Positions 31,073-39,129 of a DNA stretch of 64,000 bases are shown piece after piece (within the stretch, counting starts at the first letter, position 1; each line of letters starts with the position of its first letter). A model generated the notes under the pieces. The model saw nothing but the letters and a program-made list of their open reading frames with translations, was not told the DNA's origin and made no database searches. The position numbers were made by a program, and so were the translations under genes. Origin of the DNA: a virus (taxonomy: Duplodnaviria > Caudoviricetes); the IMG/VR virus record IMGVR_UViG_3300031992_000053, positions 1-64,000 of that record; one strand, 5' to 3'.

Positions 31073-31372
31073 ATGGATACAAAAAATGAATTACAAAAAA
31101 TTGTTGGCGAAATAATTTTACTAACCGAAAAACTTAAAACAAAAAGAAGTAATATTGGTATTATTGATAAAAAAAATGATGAATACGGCACTAAAACAAT
31201 AACATTGTGTGGTGGTCTTAACGGATGTGGAAAATGGGGGGATTATTTTAATGATTTGGCTGACATATTTGCCAAATTAGATGAATTTGGATATAAAGTT
31301 TGGGTTATTAAACTAGACAACGATTGTCTTGATGATATATTTTATTGCACAATTGGTATAGAGAAAAAATAA
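31073..31372 (+). CDS. hypothetical protein
   Basis: 99-aa ORF. Confidence 0.55.
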   Translation: MDTKNELQKIVGEIILLTEKLKTKRSNIGIIDKKNDEYGTKTITLCGGLNGCGKWGDYFNDLADIFAKLDEFGYKVWVIKLDNDCLDDIFYCTIGIEKK

Positions 31373-31378
31373 GAAAAA

Positions 31379-32272
31379 ATGAGTGATATAAAATTACTTG
31401 AGAAAATAAAGAATTATGATAAAGATTGGTGCTATCAATACCAGAAACGAATTGATACATTAAGCGAGGACATGGAAAAATATGGATGGACTCAAAACGA
31501 TGTTGATAATATATCTTTAAATGATTTTGAATTTTCTTTCATAGATTCTAAAAACGATAAAAAAGAAGCAACTGAATTCATTAAACGATATGAATGGTTA
31601 GGCACAATCGGGTCATTTCCAACGCATTGGTTTACCGCTAGATACAAAGGTATTTTAGGAGGGGTCGTTATAATGGGTATGCCGAATGCTTTTAGTAAAT
31701 TATTGGGTGATGATACTAAAAACATAGAAAGACTTATAGCAAGAGGTGCTTCTGCTTCATGGTGTCCTTTCAATTTGGGAAGCAAATTCCTTATGTGGTG
31801 TATTAAATGGATGGTTGATAACACACAATATCGTTTATTCACTTGTTATAGTGACCCACAAGCTAAAGAAATCGGGAGCATATACCAAGGGCTTAATTTC
31901 TATTATCTAGGGCAAGGAAGCGGAACGTCAGTAAGATGCGTAAATCCATACAACCCAAATGTAATGATTTCAGATAGGGCGTTTAGAGCTAGAAGCATGT
32001 ATAAAAAGTATGCGAAAGATTTGGGAATAGAATGGCAGAAAAATTGGAGTAATGACCAATCCGTTTTATGGGATAATGTACCAGATGAAATTGAGAAAAA
32101 GTTAAGGGATTACTCAAAAGAAATGTTTAACAAAGCGGAAAAAATATATTTTCCAAGTAAACATAAATATGCATTTCTTCTAGGCAGAGACAAAAAAGAA
32201 ACAAAACAATTAAGAAAAAAGTTTTTAGAATTAAATAAAACATATGACTATCCAAAAGAAAGGGGAAAATAA
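31379..32272 (+). CDS. Mom-like (GNAT-fold) DNA adenine modification protein
   Basis: FIKRYEWLG, LGGVVIMG, TCYSDP..EIGSIYQGLNFYYLG, KHKYAFLL pattern resembling the Mu Mom family. Confidence 0.65.
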   Translation: MSDIKLLEKIKNYDKDWCYQYQKRIDTLSEDMEKYGWTQNDVDNISLNDFEFSFIDSKNDKKEATEFIKRYEWLGTIGSFPTHWFTARYKGILGGVVIMGMPNAFSKLLGDDTKNIERLIARGASASWCPFNLGSKFLMWCIKWMVDNTQYRLFTCYSDPQAKEIGSIYQGLNFYYLGQGSGTSVRCVNPYNPNVMISDRAFRARSMYKKYAKDLGIEWQKNWSNDQSVLWDNVPDEIEKKLRDYSKEMFNKAEKIYFPSKHKYAFLLGRDKKETKQLRKKFLELNKTYDYPKERGK

Positions 32273-32337
32273 ATGGAGACGAAAGATACAAAAATACATT
32301 CTAATATATTCACATATACTTTAGGAGGACAGAAGAA

Positions 32338-32526
32338 ATGAAGGGATATAAAATAAGGTATGGCGAATATGGTCATGATTGCTGGGGAGCAAGCGAGTGG
32401 TTTGGATGGTACGATTATGATAATGTAATTTATACTGATTTACAAAAGGCTAAAAACGTTTGCTTAAGTCTAGAAGAGAAAGAGAGGGATAAAACTTTTG
32501 AAATATATAATGTTGAAATAAAATAG
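32338..32526 (+). CDS. small hypothetical protein
   Basis: 62-aa ORF. Confidence 0.5.
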   Translation: MKGYKIRYGEYGHDCWGASEWFGWYDYDNVIYTDLQKAKNVCLSLEEKERDKTFEIYNVEIK

Positions 32527-32528
32527 AA

Positions 32529-33050
32529 ATGGCAATTGTAGTTAATTTATTTGCTGGACCAGGAGTTGGTAAGAGCACAACAGCGGCTCGTATATTCGCT
32601 GAATTAAAAATGCATGGGGTCAACTGTGAAATGGCACTTGAGTTCGCCAAGGATAAAGTTTGGGAAGAATCATTTAAGACAATGGATGACCAGATTTATA
32701 TTTTTGGCAAGCAATTTCATAAAATATGGAGACTAAAAGATAAGGTTGACGTGATAATCTGCGATTCACCATTACCAATATCAATAGTGTATGACAAGGA
32801 AAACTCAGAGGCACTTCATACACTGATAATGGAACAATTCAATAAGTTTGACAATTACAATGTTCTTCTTACGAGAAGTGGTGAATATCAAAAAGAAGGT
32901 AGGGTTCAAACTGAGGAAGAAGCCAAAGGAGTGGATGAAATGGTTAAAAAAGTGCTAAAAGATTATAACATAGTCCATAGAGTAATGCCGATTGATGGGG
33001 CTGCTATGAAGATAACGGAAAGAATTCTTGAAGAACTTAAAAATAAATAA
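32529..33050 (+). CDS. P-loop kinase/ATPase (NadR/AAA_28-like)
   Basis: GPGVGKST, VIICDSP, GRVQTEEEA. Confidence 0.75.
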   Translation: MAIVVNLFAGPGVGKSTTAARIFAELKMHGVNCEMALEFAKDKVWEESFKTMDDQIYIFGKQFHKIWRLKDKVDVIICDSPLPISIVYDKENSEALHTLIMEQFNKFDNYNVLLTRSGEYQKEGRVQTEEEAKGVDEMVKKVLKDYNIVHRVMPIDGAAMKITERILEELKNK

Positions 33051-33052
33051 AC

Positions 33053-33727
33053 ATGAAAGATTTAACAAAAGATTTTAGAAAATTTGCCATTAGCAACACA
33101 AATGTTAATGCAACAGTGTTAGATGACCAGATTAAAAAAAGTCAAAACATCATCACACCTTATATTTTGGAAGAAAGGCAGTTAAATGTTGCAACATTTG
33201 ACGTATTTTCAAGATTGATGTATGACAGAATCATCTATTTTACTGGTGTAGTTGATGAAGACTCTTGTAACACAGCAGTCGCACAGTTGCTTTATTTGTC
33301 ATCAACTGATGAAAGAGACATCAGCATGTATATAAATTCTCCAGGAGGCTCTGTTGTAGATGGACTAGGTTTAGTAGATACTATGAACTATATCAACTGT
33401 GATGTCGCAACAACTTGTATTGGTATGGCAGCATCTATGGGTTCAGTCTTGCTGAGTAACGGTACTAAGGGTAAAAGATTTGTCCTACCTCATAGTAGAG
33501 TGATGATTCATCAAGTATCCTCAAGTCAATCTGGAACTCTTGCTGACCTTGAAATAGAGATTGAGCAGACAAGAAGGTGCAAGAACGATGTATATAAAAT
33601 ACTTGCTGATAATACAAATCACTCATTTGAGGAAATGGAAAAACTTTGCGATAGAAATAATTGGTTTATCGGTAAAGAAGCAGTTGATTTGGGAATCGCT
33701 GATAAAGTGTTAATAAAATCTAAATAA
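33053..33727 (+). CDS. clpP: ATP-dependent Clp protease proteolytic subunit
   Basis: DVFSRLMYDRII, YINSPGGSV, GMAASMGS (catalytic Ser), RVMIHQ, DR. Confidence 0.95.
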   Translation: MKDLTKDFRKFAISNTNVNATVLDDQIKKSQNIITPYILEERQLNVATFDVFSRLMYDRIIYFTGVVDEDSCNTAVAQLLYLSSTDERDISMYINSPGGSVVDGLGLVDTMNYINCDVATTCIGMAASMGSVLLSNGTKGKRFVLPHSRVMIHQVSSSQSGTLADLEIEIEQTRRCKNDVYKILADNTNHSFEEMEKLCDRNNWFIGKEAVDLGIADKVLIKSK

Positions 33728-33766
33728 TTTGGTATTCTCATCTTTTTAACATATATTTGCTCTGTT

Positions 33767-34303
33767 ATGAAGAATAATAAGATTTTTATGCCTCCTTATG
33801 ACTATGATAATAGTGAACATACAATAGATGGTGTAATGCCATTGAATTTATTCCTAGGAGGTACAATAGACAATGGTGAAAGTTTAGATTGGCAGAGTGC
33901 TCTAACGGATGAACTGTGTTCTAGTGATACGGTTCATCCTATTATGATTTATAATCCAAGGAGAGCAGAGTGGCCGAATGGCGATAATAAAGAAGAAATT
34001 GACAAACAGATTAATTGGGAATTATACCATCTTGAAAGGGCTGATTTAATAGTTATGAATATATTGGGGAATTCAAAATCTCCAATATCTCTTATGGAAA
34101 TTGGCTTGTTTGCCAAAGAGCATAAATTAATCGTGTTTTGTAATCCTAATTTCTATAGATACGATAATGTAAGAATAGTGTGCGAAAGATACAAAGTTCC
34201 ATTGTATAACACAAACGATATTTTAGTGATAAAAAATAAAGTTTTGCAGTTTGCAAATATGGATAAAAATGTGCGCTATATAACTTGTAATCGGTATGTC
34301 TGA
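33767..34303 (+). CDS. nucleoside 2-deoxyribosyltransferase-like protein
   Basis: LFLGGTID, DWQ, YNPRR, QINWEL, SPISLMEIG. Confidence 0.8.
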   Translation: MKNNKIFMPPYDYDNSEHTIDGVMPLNLFLGGTIDNGESLDWQSALTDELCSSDTVHPIMIYNPRRAEWPNGDNKEEIDKQINWELYHLERADLIVMNILGNSKSPISLMEIGLFAKEHKLIVFCNPNFYRYDNVRIVCERYKVPLYNTNDILVIKNKVLQFANMDKNVRYITCNRYV

Positions 34304-34332
34304 GAATATTAAAAAATAGAAAGATACGACAA

Positions 34333-34752
34333 ATGACATTCAAAAAATTTACAAAAGAAGAGAGAAGTACGTTTCCTTATTGGTGGAATCATTACTTGGC
34401 ATATAATTGGGTTGCATGGAAATTAGGTGTATGGAAACCTAAGTATCTTTTACATGACATTGAAAAACCTTGGCTAAAGCTTATTTGGGGCGATTATAAA
34501 AAAGTACAGAAATGGCATAAACACCATAATAAACATCACATATTTTCTGGACGCCATTATGGACTTAATAAAATAGATTGGCTTGCAGCAGTTATTGACT
34601 GGGAATGCGGACGATACACGAAATATGCTTGCCCTAGAAATGCAAGGGAAGAAGTAGATTATCTACTAACACAAGTTGATAAGTATACTGATGACGAAAG
34701 AGAAGAAATAAGAAAAAATTGTTATCCAATTTTAGATTATCTTGGATTATAA
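34333..34752 (+). CDS. HD-like metal-dependent phosphohydrolase (DUF5662-like)
   Basis: H...LLHDIEK...HKHHNKHH...IDWEC. Confidence 0.6.
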   Translation: MTFKKFTKEERSTFPYWWNHYLAYNWVAWKLGVWKPKYLLHDIEKPWLKLIWGDYKKVQKWHKHHNKHHIFSGRHYGLNKIDWLAAVIDWECGRYTKYACPRNAREEVDYLLTQVDKYTDDEREEIRKNCYPILDYLGL

Positions 34753-34848
34753 TTATTGGATATGTAATGATTTTAACGAAAAATAAGGGTAAACATTGAG
34801 TATTTTTTATTCCTTTGTATATTTATAATACAAAAGAAATAATTTTCG

Positions 34849-35310
34849 ATGAAAAAAATAATTAGATTAACTGAGTCAGATTTGCGTGGTATAGTCCAAC
34901 GTAGCGTCTTAAGAGTCTTACAAGAGCAGAACGATTTTGGTTTGCTCTTGCAATCAATTGCGCAATCAATTGTTCAAAAAAACGAAATTGACGTAAATCC
35001 AGGAGAAAACGATTTGGAGGTGGAATTGCAAGATGGACGATTAGTATACATAAAATACAATGTTTTATGTAACCCATATTTACATCAAGGAATGAAAAGT
35101 AGTGACTACGATGTGCCAGATGACCCAGATGAAATAATTGATGATTGGGATGTAGAAATCATAGACATCTGTTTATATGATTATGATGACAATGAGGTTA
35201 CAATTAATGATAATGGAATTGTTAGAGAATCATTAAAGCGTGTATTACAGATTGATTACAGCAACTATGATGTTCCAAGCGAAAAAGAATTCTTTTATTA
35301 TGAGGACTAA
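34849..35310 (+). CDS. IIRLTESDL-tag protein, acidic
   Basis: MKKIIRLTESDLRGIVQRSVLRVLQE. ATATTTAT at 34819-26. Confidence 0.6.
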   Translation: MKKIIRLTESDLRGIVQRSVLRVLQEQNDFGLLLQSIAQSIVQKNEIDVNPGENDLEVELQDGRLVYIKYNVLCNPYLHQGMKSSDYDVPDDPDEIIDDWDVEIIDICLYDYDDNEVTINDNGIVRESLKRVLQIDYSNYDVPSEKEFFYYED

Positions 35311-35336
35311 TAACGTTATTAAAATATATAAAGATT

Positions 35337-35468
35337 ATGGCATGTGGATGTAGTAAAAACAAAGGTAATACTGCTGCCGTTAATAAGGTAACAGCACCAA
35401 CAAGACCAAGTAGACCACTTAGTGAAGGTGGAAGAATTAGAAGAGCGGAAAAAAGAATTATTCGTTAA
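35337..35468 (+). CDS. small basic protein MACGC... (43 aa)
   Basis: ATG..TAA ORF not in track, Cys-Gly-Cys N-terminus and Arg-rich tail. Confidence 0.55.
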   Translation: MACGCSKNKGNTAAVNKVTAPTRPSRPLSEGGRIRRAEKRIIR

Positions 35469-35483
35469 TTTTCTCTAAATTTA

Positions 35484-35563
35484 TTTGGTTAATTGAAAAA
35501 TTTTTCATATCTTTGCATCGTGAATTGGGAAACAAATCTCAGTTTACGATGCAATTTTATTTT
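35484..35563 (+). promoter_or_regulatory. sigmaA-type promoter overlapped by an 18-bp hairpin
   Basis: TTTG 35484-87, TATCTTTG 35508-15. Hairpin 35513-30/35537-54 with three G.U pairs, then a T-rich tract. Confidence 0.7.
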
Positions 35564-35577
35564 ATGAAAATAAAAAT

Positions 35578-35979
35578 ATGACAGAAAATTTTAAAATCAA
35601 TGAGAATACGAAATGGGCGTTCAATGAGTTGTCAAAACAGCTATTGTTTGCGTCTAGTGAATTCACTAAAGCGAAAGGTGACACAGAAAAGTATAGGCTG
35701 CAAGCGAAAACATTAGCTTTTAATGAATTTGAAAGGGAAGCAATATTAAAAGAAATCTATGAGCATTTAATAGATTTCTTGCATAACGATAAGAATTATC
35801 AGATAAAAAAATTTGTAGATAGGAAATTAATCGAAAATCATCTTCATAGCGACATAAATGAAGCATTAAAAGATGGTATCGAATTTTTTAATACCCCAAC
35901 GGAATCACAAAAATATGTCGTTGTGAAAGATATATATAACGTAAATAAACGTCCCATACTAGAATTAGGGGAATGGTAA
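35578..35979 (+). CDS. hypothetical protein
   Basis: 133-aa ORF preceding the RNA cluster. Confidence 0.55.
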   Translation: MTENFKINENTKWAFNELSKQLLFASSEFTKAKGDTEKYRLQAKTLAFNEFEREAILKEIYEHLIDFLHNDKNYQIKKFVDRKLIENHLHSDINEALKDGIEFFNTPTESQKYVVVKDIYNVNKRPILELGEW

Positions 35980-36213
35980 TTTTGTAGCCGAGGCGATTAG
36001 GTGAGTGGTAGGAAGGAGACAGATATGGTCTCGTGTAGGCTGCAAAAATGAAAAATACCTAGACAAGATGTATTCCTAGTCTTGTTAAGTTAATTGAATG
36101 ATAGGAGTTGAGGTTTAGTATTGCAGAAACCCACAGCTAATGCTAAATCAATGAAAACGTACAGTGATGGACGGTTTGATGCTGGGGATGACTTTTTGGT
36201 GGAACAGCAACCA
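35980..36213 (+). ncRNA. candidate structured non-coding RNA of unknown class
   Basis: GC-elevated, ORF-free, several helices (TGTAGCC/GGCTGCA, GAGAC/GTCTC, ACAAGA/TCTTGT, TTTAGTATT/AATGCTAAA). Ends ...CAACCA just before tRNA-Leu. Confidence 0.45.
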
Positions 36214-36218
36214 TATAT

Positions 36219-36305
36219 GGCTCTGTGGCGAAATTGGTAGTACGCACTAGACTCAAAATCTAGGGAGGGTAAAACCTCGTGTGGGTTCGACTCCCACCAG
36301 AGCTA
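36219..36305 (+). tRNA. trnL: tRNA-Leu(CAA)
   Basis: GGCTCTG/CAGAGCT acceptor, CTAGA-CTCAAAA-TCTAG anticodon arm, long V-arm, GTTCGAC T-loop, A discriminator. Confidence 0.93.
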
Positions 36306-36459
36306 CTTCGTTTTCATAGATGAAATGTTGGGTTTTTAAGTCACGTTTTACTTACTATAGTAGAGAAAACGGACAAGTGGGTATTGTGCGCCTTAGTCGG
36401 AATTGCAAATGCCCACATTTATGGCTCTGTGGCGAAACTAGGTAGTACGCATCAGACTT

Positions 36460-37203
36460 TGAAAGAAATTGGGAACTATCACAAATTTGTCCACTTCTAT
36501 TTAGTTTTTTATGGTATACGCTAATATTTATATAAAAGCGTACTAACAATGAAAAGAGTTAAATATACCAAAGAACTATTAGAAGAAAAGGCTAAAGATT
36601 GTTATTCTTTTGCCGAACTTTGCAGAAGACTTGGGTTATCTACTGAGGGTAGTAATCCTAAAACTGTAAAAAGAAAAATGGATGAATTCAATGTTGATTA
36701 CTCGCATTTCACTGGTAAAGTTTGGAATAAAGACCCAAACAATCCAGTGTATAGAGGAAAGTATCTTCCTAGCCTATGTGAACATAGTTCACTTTCATCT
36801 GCGAATGCAAAAATACTTGTATATAGGTTGGGGCTAAAAGAGAATAAATGCGAGTGCTGCGGTTTATCTGAATGGAGGGGGAAGCCGTTGGTTTGTGAGT
36901 TACATCACGTCAATGGAATACCTAGTGATAATAGAATAGAGAATTTACAAATTCTTTGTCCTAATTGTCATAGTCAGACAGATAACTTTAGAAGTAAAAA
37001 CCGCAAAGGTAATGAGTGCTCAGAGGGAAACCTTTGAAGTAGAAGTCGGCTAATTAGGCGAAGGTATCAGCCTTTAAAAATAAATGATAATAACGCCTAG
37101 CTAAGTTCACTATAATGTGATAAACGTGTAGAGACTATATACCGACAGCCTAAACTTTTTGAGCATGGCTAAGACATAGCCCAAGGGTAATCCCAAACCT
37201 ACG
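36460..37203 (+). mobile_element. group I intron with homing endonuclease
   Basis: Exon ends in U and intron ends in G. P3 GTCGG/CCGAC, P4 TAGGCG/CGCCTA, R element GTAGAGACTA, S element AAGACATAGCCC, P9 GGG-taat-CCC. Confidence 0.88.
36549..37037 (+). CDS. intron-encoded HNH homing endonuclease
   Basis: CECC...ELHHVNG...DNRIENLQILCPNCHS, N-terminal helical DNA-binding region, ATATTTAT at 36524-31. Confidence 0.9.
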   Translation: MKRVKYTKELLEEKAKDCYSFAELCRRLGLSTEGSNPKTVKRKMDEFNVDYSHFTGKVWNKDPNNPVYRGKYLPSLCEHSSLSSANAKILVYRLGLKENKCECCGLSEWRGKPLVCELHHVNGIPSDNRIENLQILCPNCHSQTDNFRSKNRKGNECSEGNL

Positions 37204-37272
37204 AAAATCTGAGGTCCAGGAATGGACGTGTGGGTTCGACTCCCATCAGAGCTACTATCTTTATTTAATCAA

Positions 37273-37343
37273 TGGACTATGGTGTAATGGTAGCACAAGA
37301 GAATTTGGGTCTCTTTGTATCAGTTCGAATCTGGTTAGTCCAA
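37273..37343 (+). tRNA. trnQ: tRNA-Gln(UUG)
   Basis: TGGACTA/TAGTCCA acceptor (U1-A72), AGAGA-ATTTGGG-TCTCT anticodon arm, GTTCGAA T-loop. Confidence 0.85.
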
Positions 37344-37349
37344 CGACAT

Positions 37350-37439
37350 TGCCTGGTGGTCGAGAGGCTTAAGACGGAGGATTTTGGTCCCTCTATGGGT
37401 GTTAGAAACCCATCGCAGGTTCGAATCCTGCCCAGGTAA
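37350..37439 (+). tRNA. atypical long-variable-arm tRNA with UUG (Gln) anticodon
   Basis: TGCCTGG/CCAGGTA acceptor, GTC/GAC D-stem, loop TTTTGGT, V-arm ATGGGT/ACCCAT, GCAGG-TTCGAAT-CCTGC T-arm. Confidence 0.8.
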
Positions 37440-37456
37440 CAATAACTATAAGAAAT

Positions 37457-37660
37457 ATGTCAAAGGGAAAAAAGTATAAAACCCCCAAAAGATTTTGGAA
37501 TAAGAATCCTCATAAAAAATCTTGGAAGGCTCATGTTATGAGCAGTGACCATAAAAAATTCAAATGGTTTTTCAGAAAGAAAAAATGGTTCACCGATGAA
37601 TTTATTAAGAGGATGTCAATGAGATTCCCAATGTCTCATGAAATATGGGGTTGGGATTAA
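37457..37660 (+). CDS. small basic hypothetical protein
   Basis: 67 aa, Lys/Trp-rich. Confidence 0.5.
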   Translation: MSKGKKYKTPKRFWNKNPHKKSWKAHVMSSDHKKFKWFFRKKKWFTDEFIKRMSMRFPMSHEIWGWD

Positions 37661-37713
37661 AATTAAAAATTAAAATAAATCCTATATGTTGACCTTGAAA
37701 ATAGGTCTTTTTG

Positions 37714-37751
37714 AATGCAATTGCTTGTGAAAGTGGTTGCATTTTTATTTT
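37714..37751 (+). terminator. intrinsic terminator
   Basis: AATGCAATTGCTT-gtga-AAGTGGTTGCATTTTTT. Confidence 0.7.
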
Positions 37752-37789
37752 TGACAGTAATGATATATTTATTTCTAAAATTTAATATT

Positions 37790-37963
37790 ATGGAAAATAT
37801 ATACATTAGTGATAAAATAGAAATAGGATATGATTCTCGTGAAAGGGAGTTTACTGTGAGCCTATATGACTTATATGGACATTACATAGACTCTACCAAA
37901 CTTGACAGAGACGATATGAAAGCATTATATGAATCTTTAGATAAGATAAAAGATGTGTTTTAA
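37790..37963 (+). CDS. small hypothetical protein
   Basis: ATG at 37790 (MENIYISD), 18 nt after ATATTTAT. The longer track ORF runs through a terminator. Confidence 0.55.
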   Translation: MENIYISDKIEIGYDSREREFTVSLYDLYGHYIDSTKLDRDDMKALYESLDKIKDVF

Positions 37964-38018
37964 TTTGTTTTTAAAAAATATTTTTTATATATTTGCCAAA
38001 AATTAAAAATTTTATTAT

Positions 38019-38225
38019 ATGGCAAATATGTTTTTGAAGAAGACTATGGCATCAATGCTTAATATGCCTAGCGAACAAGTGGAGGCAATTCTGAATGCAG
38101 CAGAAGCCTTTAAGAGCAATGAGATAGATAGAAACTTAGCAATTAAGTTATTTGACAAATTTTCTAAGAAATCTCCAAAAGAAATCAATGAGATACTTAG
38201 ATACGTAGACGAGAATTTCAAATGA
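38019..38225 (+). CDS. small hypothetical protein
   Basis: Behind a TTTG-N-TATATTTG promoter at about 37965-37996. Confidence 0.55.
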   Translation: MANMFLKKTMASMLNMPSEQVEAILNAAEAFKSNEIDRNLAIKLFDKFSKKSPKEINEILRYVDENFK

Positions 38226-38725
38226 CAGCGACACAAGTCTTTTTAATGTTTCTGAAGAAAAACTGTATATTGGATGAATACCTATTCTTCAGAAAAATCA
38301 TAACTAACGATAACGGAAACAAATATTTCCTCAAGAGAAGGCTATACAAAAATACCTTTGTTGAAGATTATTTATCTAGGAATAATAGAGCTTTAAATAA
38401 TTTTATGACTAGGTTATTCATTCTTGCGCCAAATCTTAAGAATAAGCTATCTAAAAATCCTCGTTTTTTTATTATTAGAGATACGTGGATAAAAGAGCAT
38501 GGGAACAAACCTTATGAAATAAAAGTTAAAAATGGTAAAGGTGAAGTATTATTCACAAGACCTAGAATAACAAAATGGAATGAGCGTAAAGGTGTTGGGA
38601 TGTACGTTGTATATTATAGGCGTTTATGGAACAAGTTTTTGAATGAGTACATTGATGATAGTGAGAAAAAGATAAACAGCCCTTTCAAAAAAGGAGAGTG
38701 CTACAATTTTAAACTGAAGAAATGA
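38222..38725 (+). CDS. hypothetical protein
   Basis: ATGA overlaps on both sides. Confidence 0.55.
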   Translation: MTATQVFLMFLKKNCILDEYLFFRKIITNDNGNKYFLKRRLYKNTFVEDYLSRNNRALNNFMTRLFILAPNLKNKLSKNPRFFIIRDTWIKEHGNKPYEIKVKNGKGEVLFTRPRITKWNERKGVGMYVVYYRRLWNKFLNEYIDDSEKKINSPFKKGECYNFKLKK

Positions 38726-39129
38726 TACACGTAATTAACATACACAATGAGGATAGGTCTAATGAAGAGTGCTATTATTATTGTGGAAGACATAGAAATC
38801 CCAAGACGAAACAGAATGACAATCCTTTAGGTAATCCATTCACGCATAATGGCGTGAAAACTAGTATAGCAAATTTATCGTTTAAAACTAGGGAGGATGC
38901 TATTGAGGCTTTTGGCAAATATTTCGATAAAATGTATGGGAAAGATAAAGAACTTACAGAAGCATTTGACGAAATATATAACAATTATAAAAACGGAAAG
39001 GAAATATGGCTAGGGTGTTTTTGTAAACCGAATTCTTGTCATTGCGATATAATTGCTGATAGGCTCCAGAGAAAACTAATTAAGGAAAAATTGGAAGAAA
39101 GAAAAAAGTTAAATAGGGTTAAAAGTTGA
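38722..39129 (+). CDS. DUF4326-like protein
   Basis: YCGR, LGNPF, REDAI, LGCFCKP..CHCD. Confidence 0.75.
   Translation: MIHVINIHNEDRSNEECYYYCGRHRNPKTKQNDNPLGNPFTHNGVKTSIANLSFKTREDAIEAFGKYFDKMYGKDKELTEAFDEIYNNYKNGKEIWLGCFCKPNSCHCDIIADRLQRKLIKEKLEERKKLNRVKS

Larger units (their letters stand above)
36423..37254 (+). tRNA. trnL: tRNA-Leu(UAA), intron-split (exons 36423-36459 and 37204-37254)
   Basis: Joined exons give TCAGA-CTT^AAAA-TCTGA anticodon arm, GGCTCTG/CAGAGCT acceptor, V-arm and T-arm. Confidence 0.9.

Noticed and set aside
36181-36213. tmRNA (GGGGATGAC... and a nearby ...ACCA)
   Set aside because: No T-arm before the CCA, no matching acceptor stem and no tag reading frame found. 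Kept only as part of the unknown ncRNA candidate.
36355-36549. 64-aa minus-strand ORF
   Set aside because: Overlaps the tRNA-Leu 5' exon and intron start on the opposite strand, so likely spurious.
37273-37343. Reading this tRNA as Pro(UGG)
   Set aside because: The only 5-bp anticodon stem (AGAGA/TCTCT) centres TTG, and U1-A72 fits Gln.
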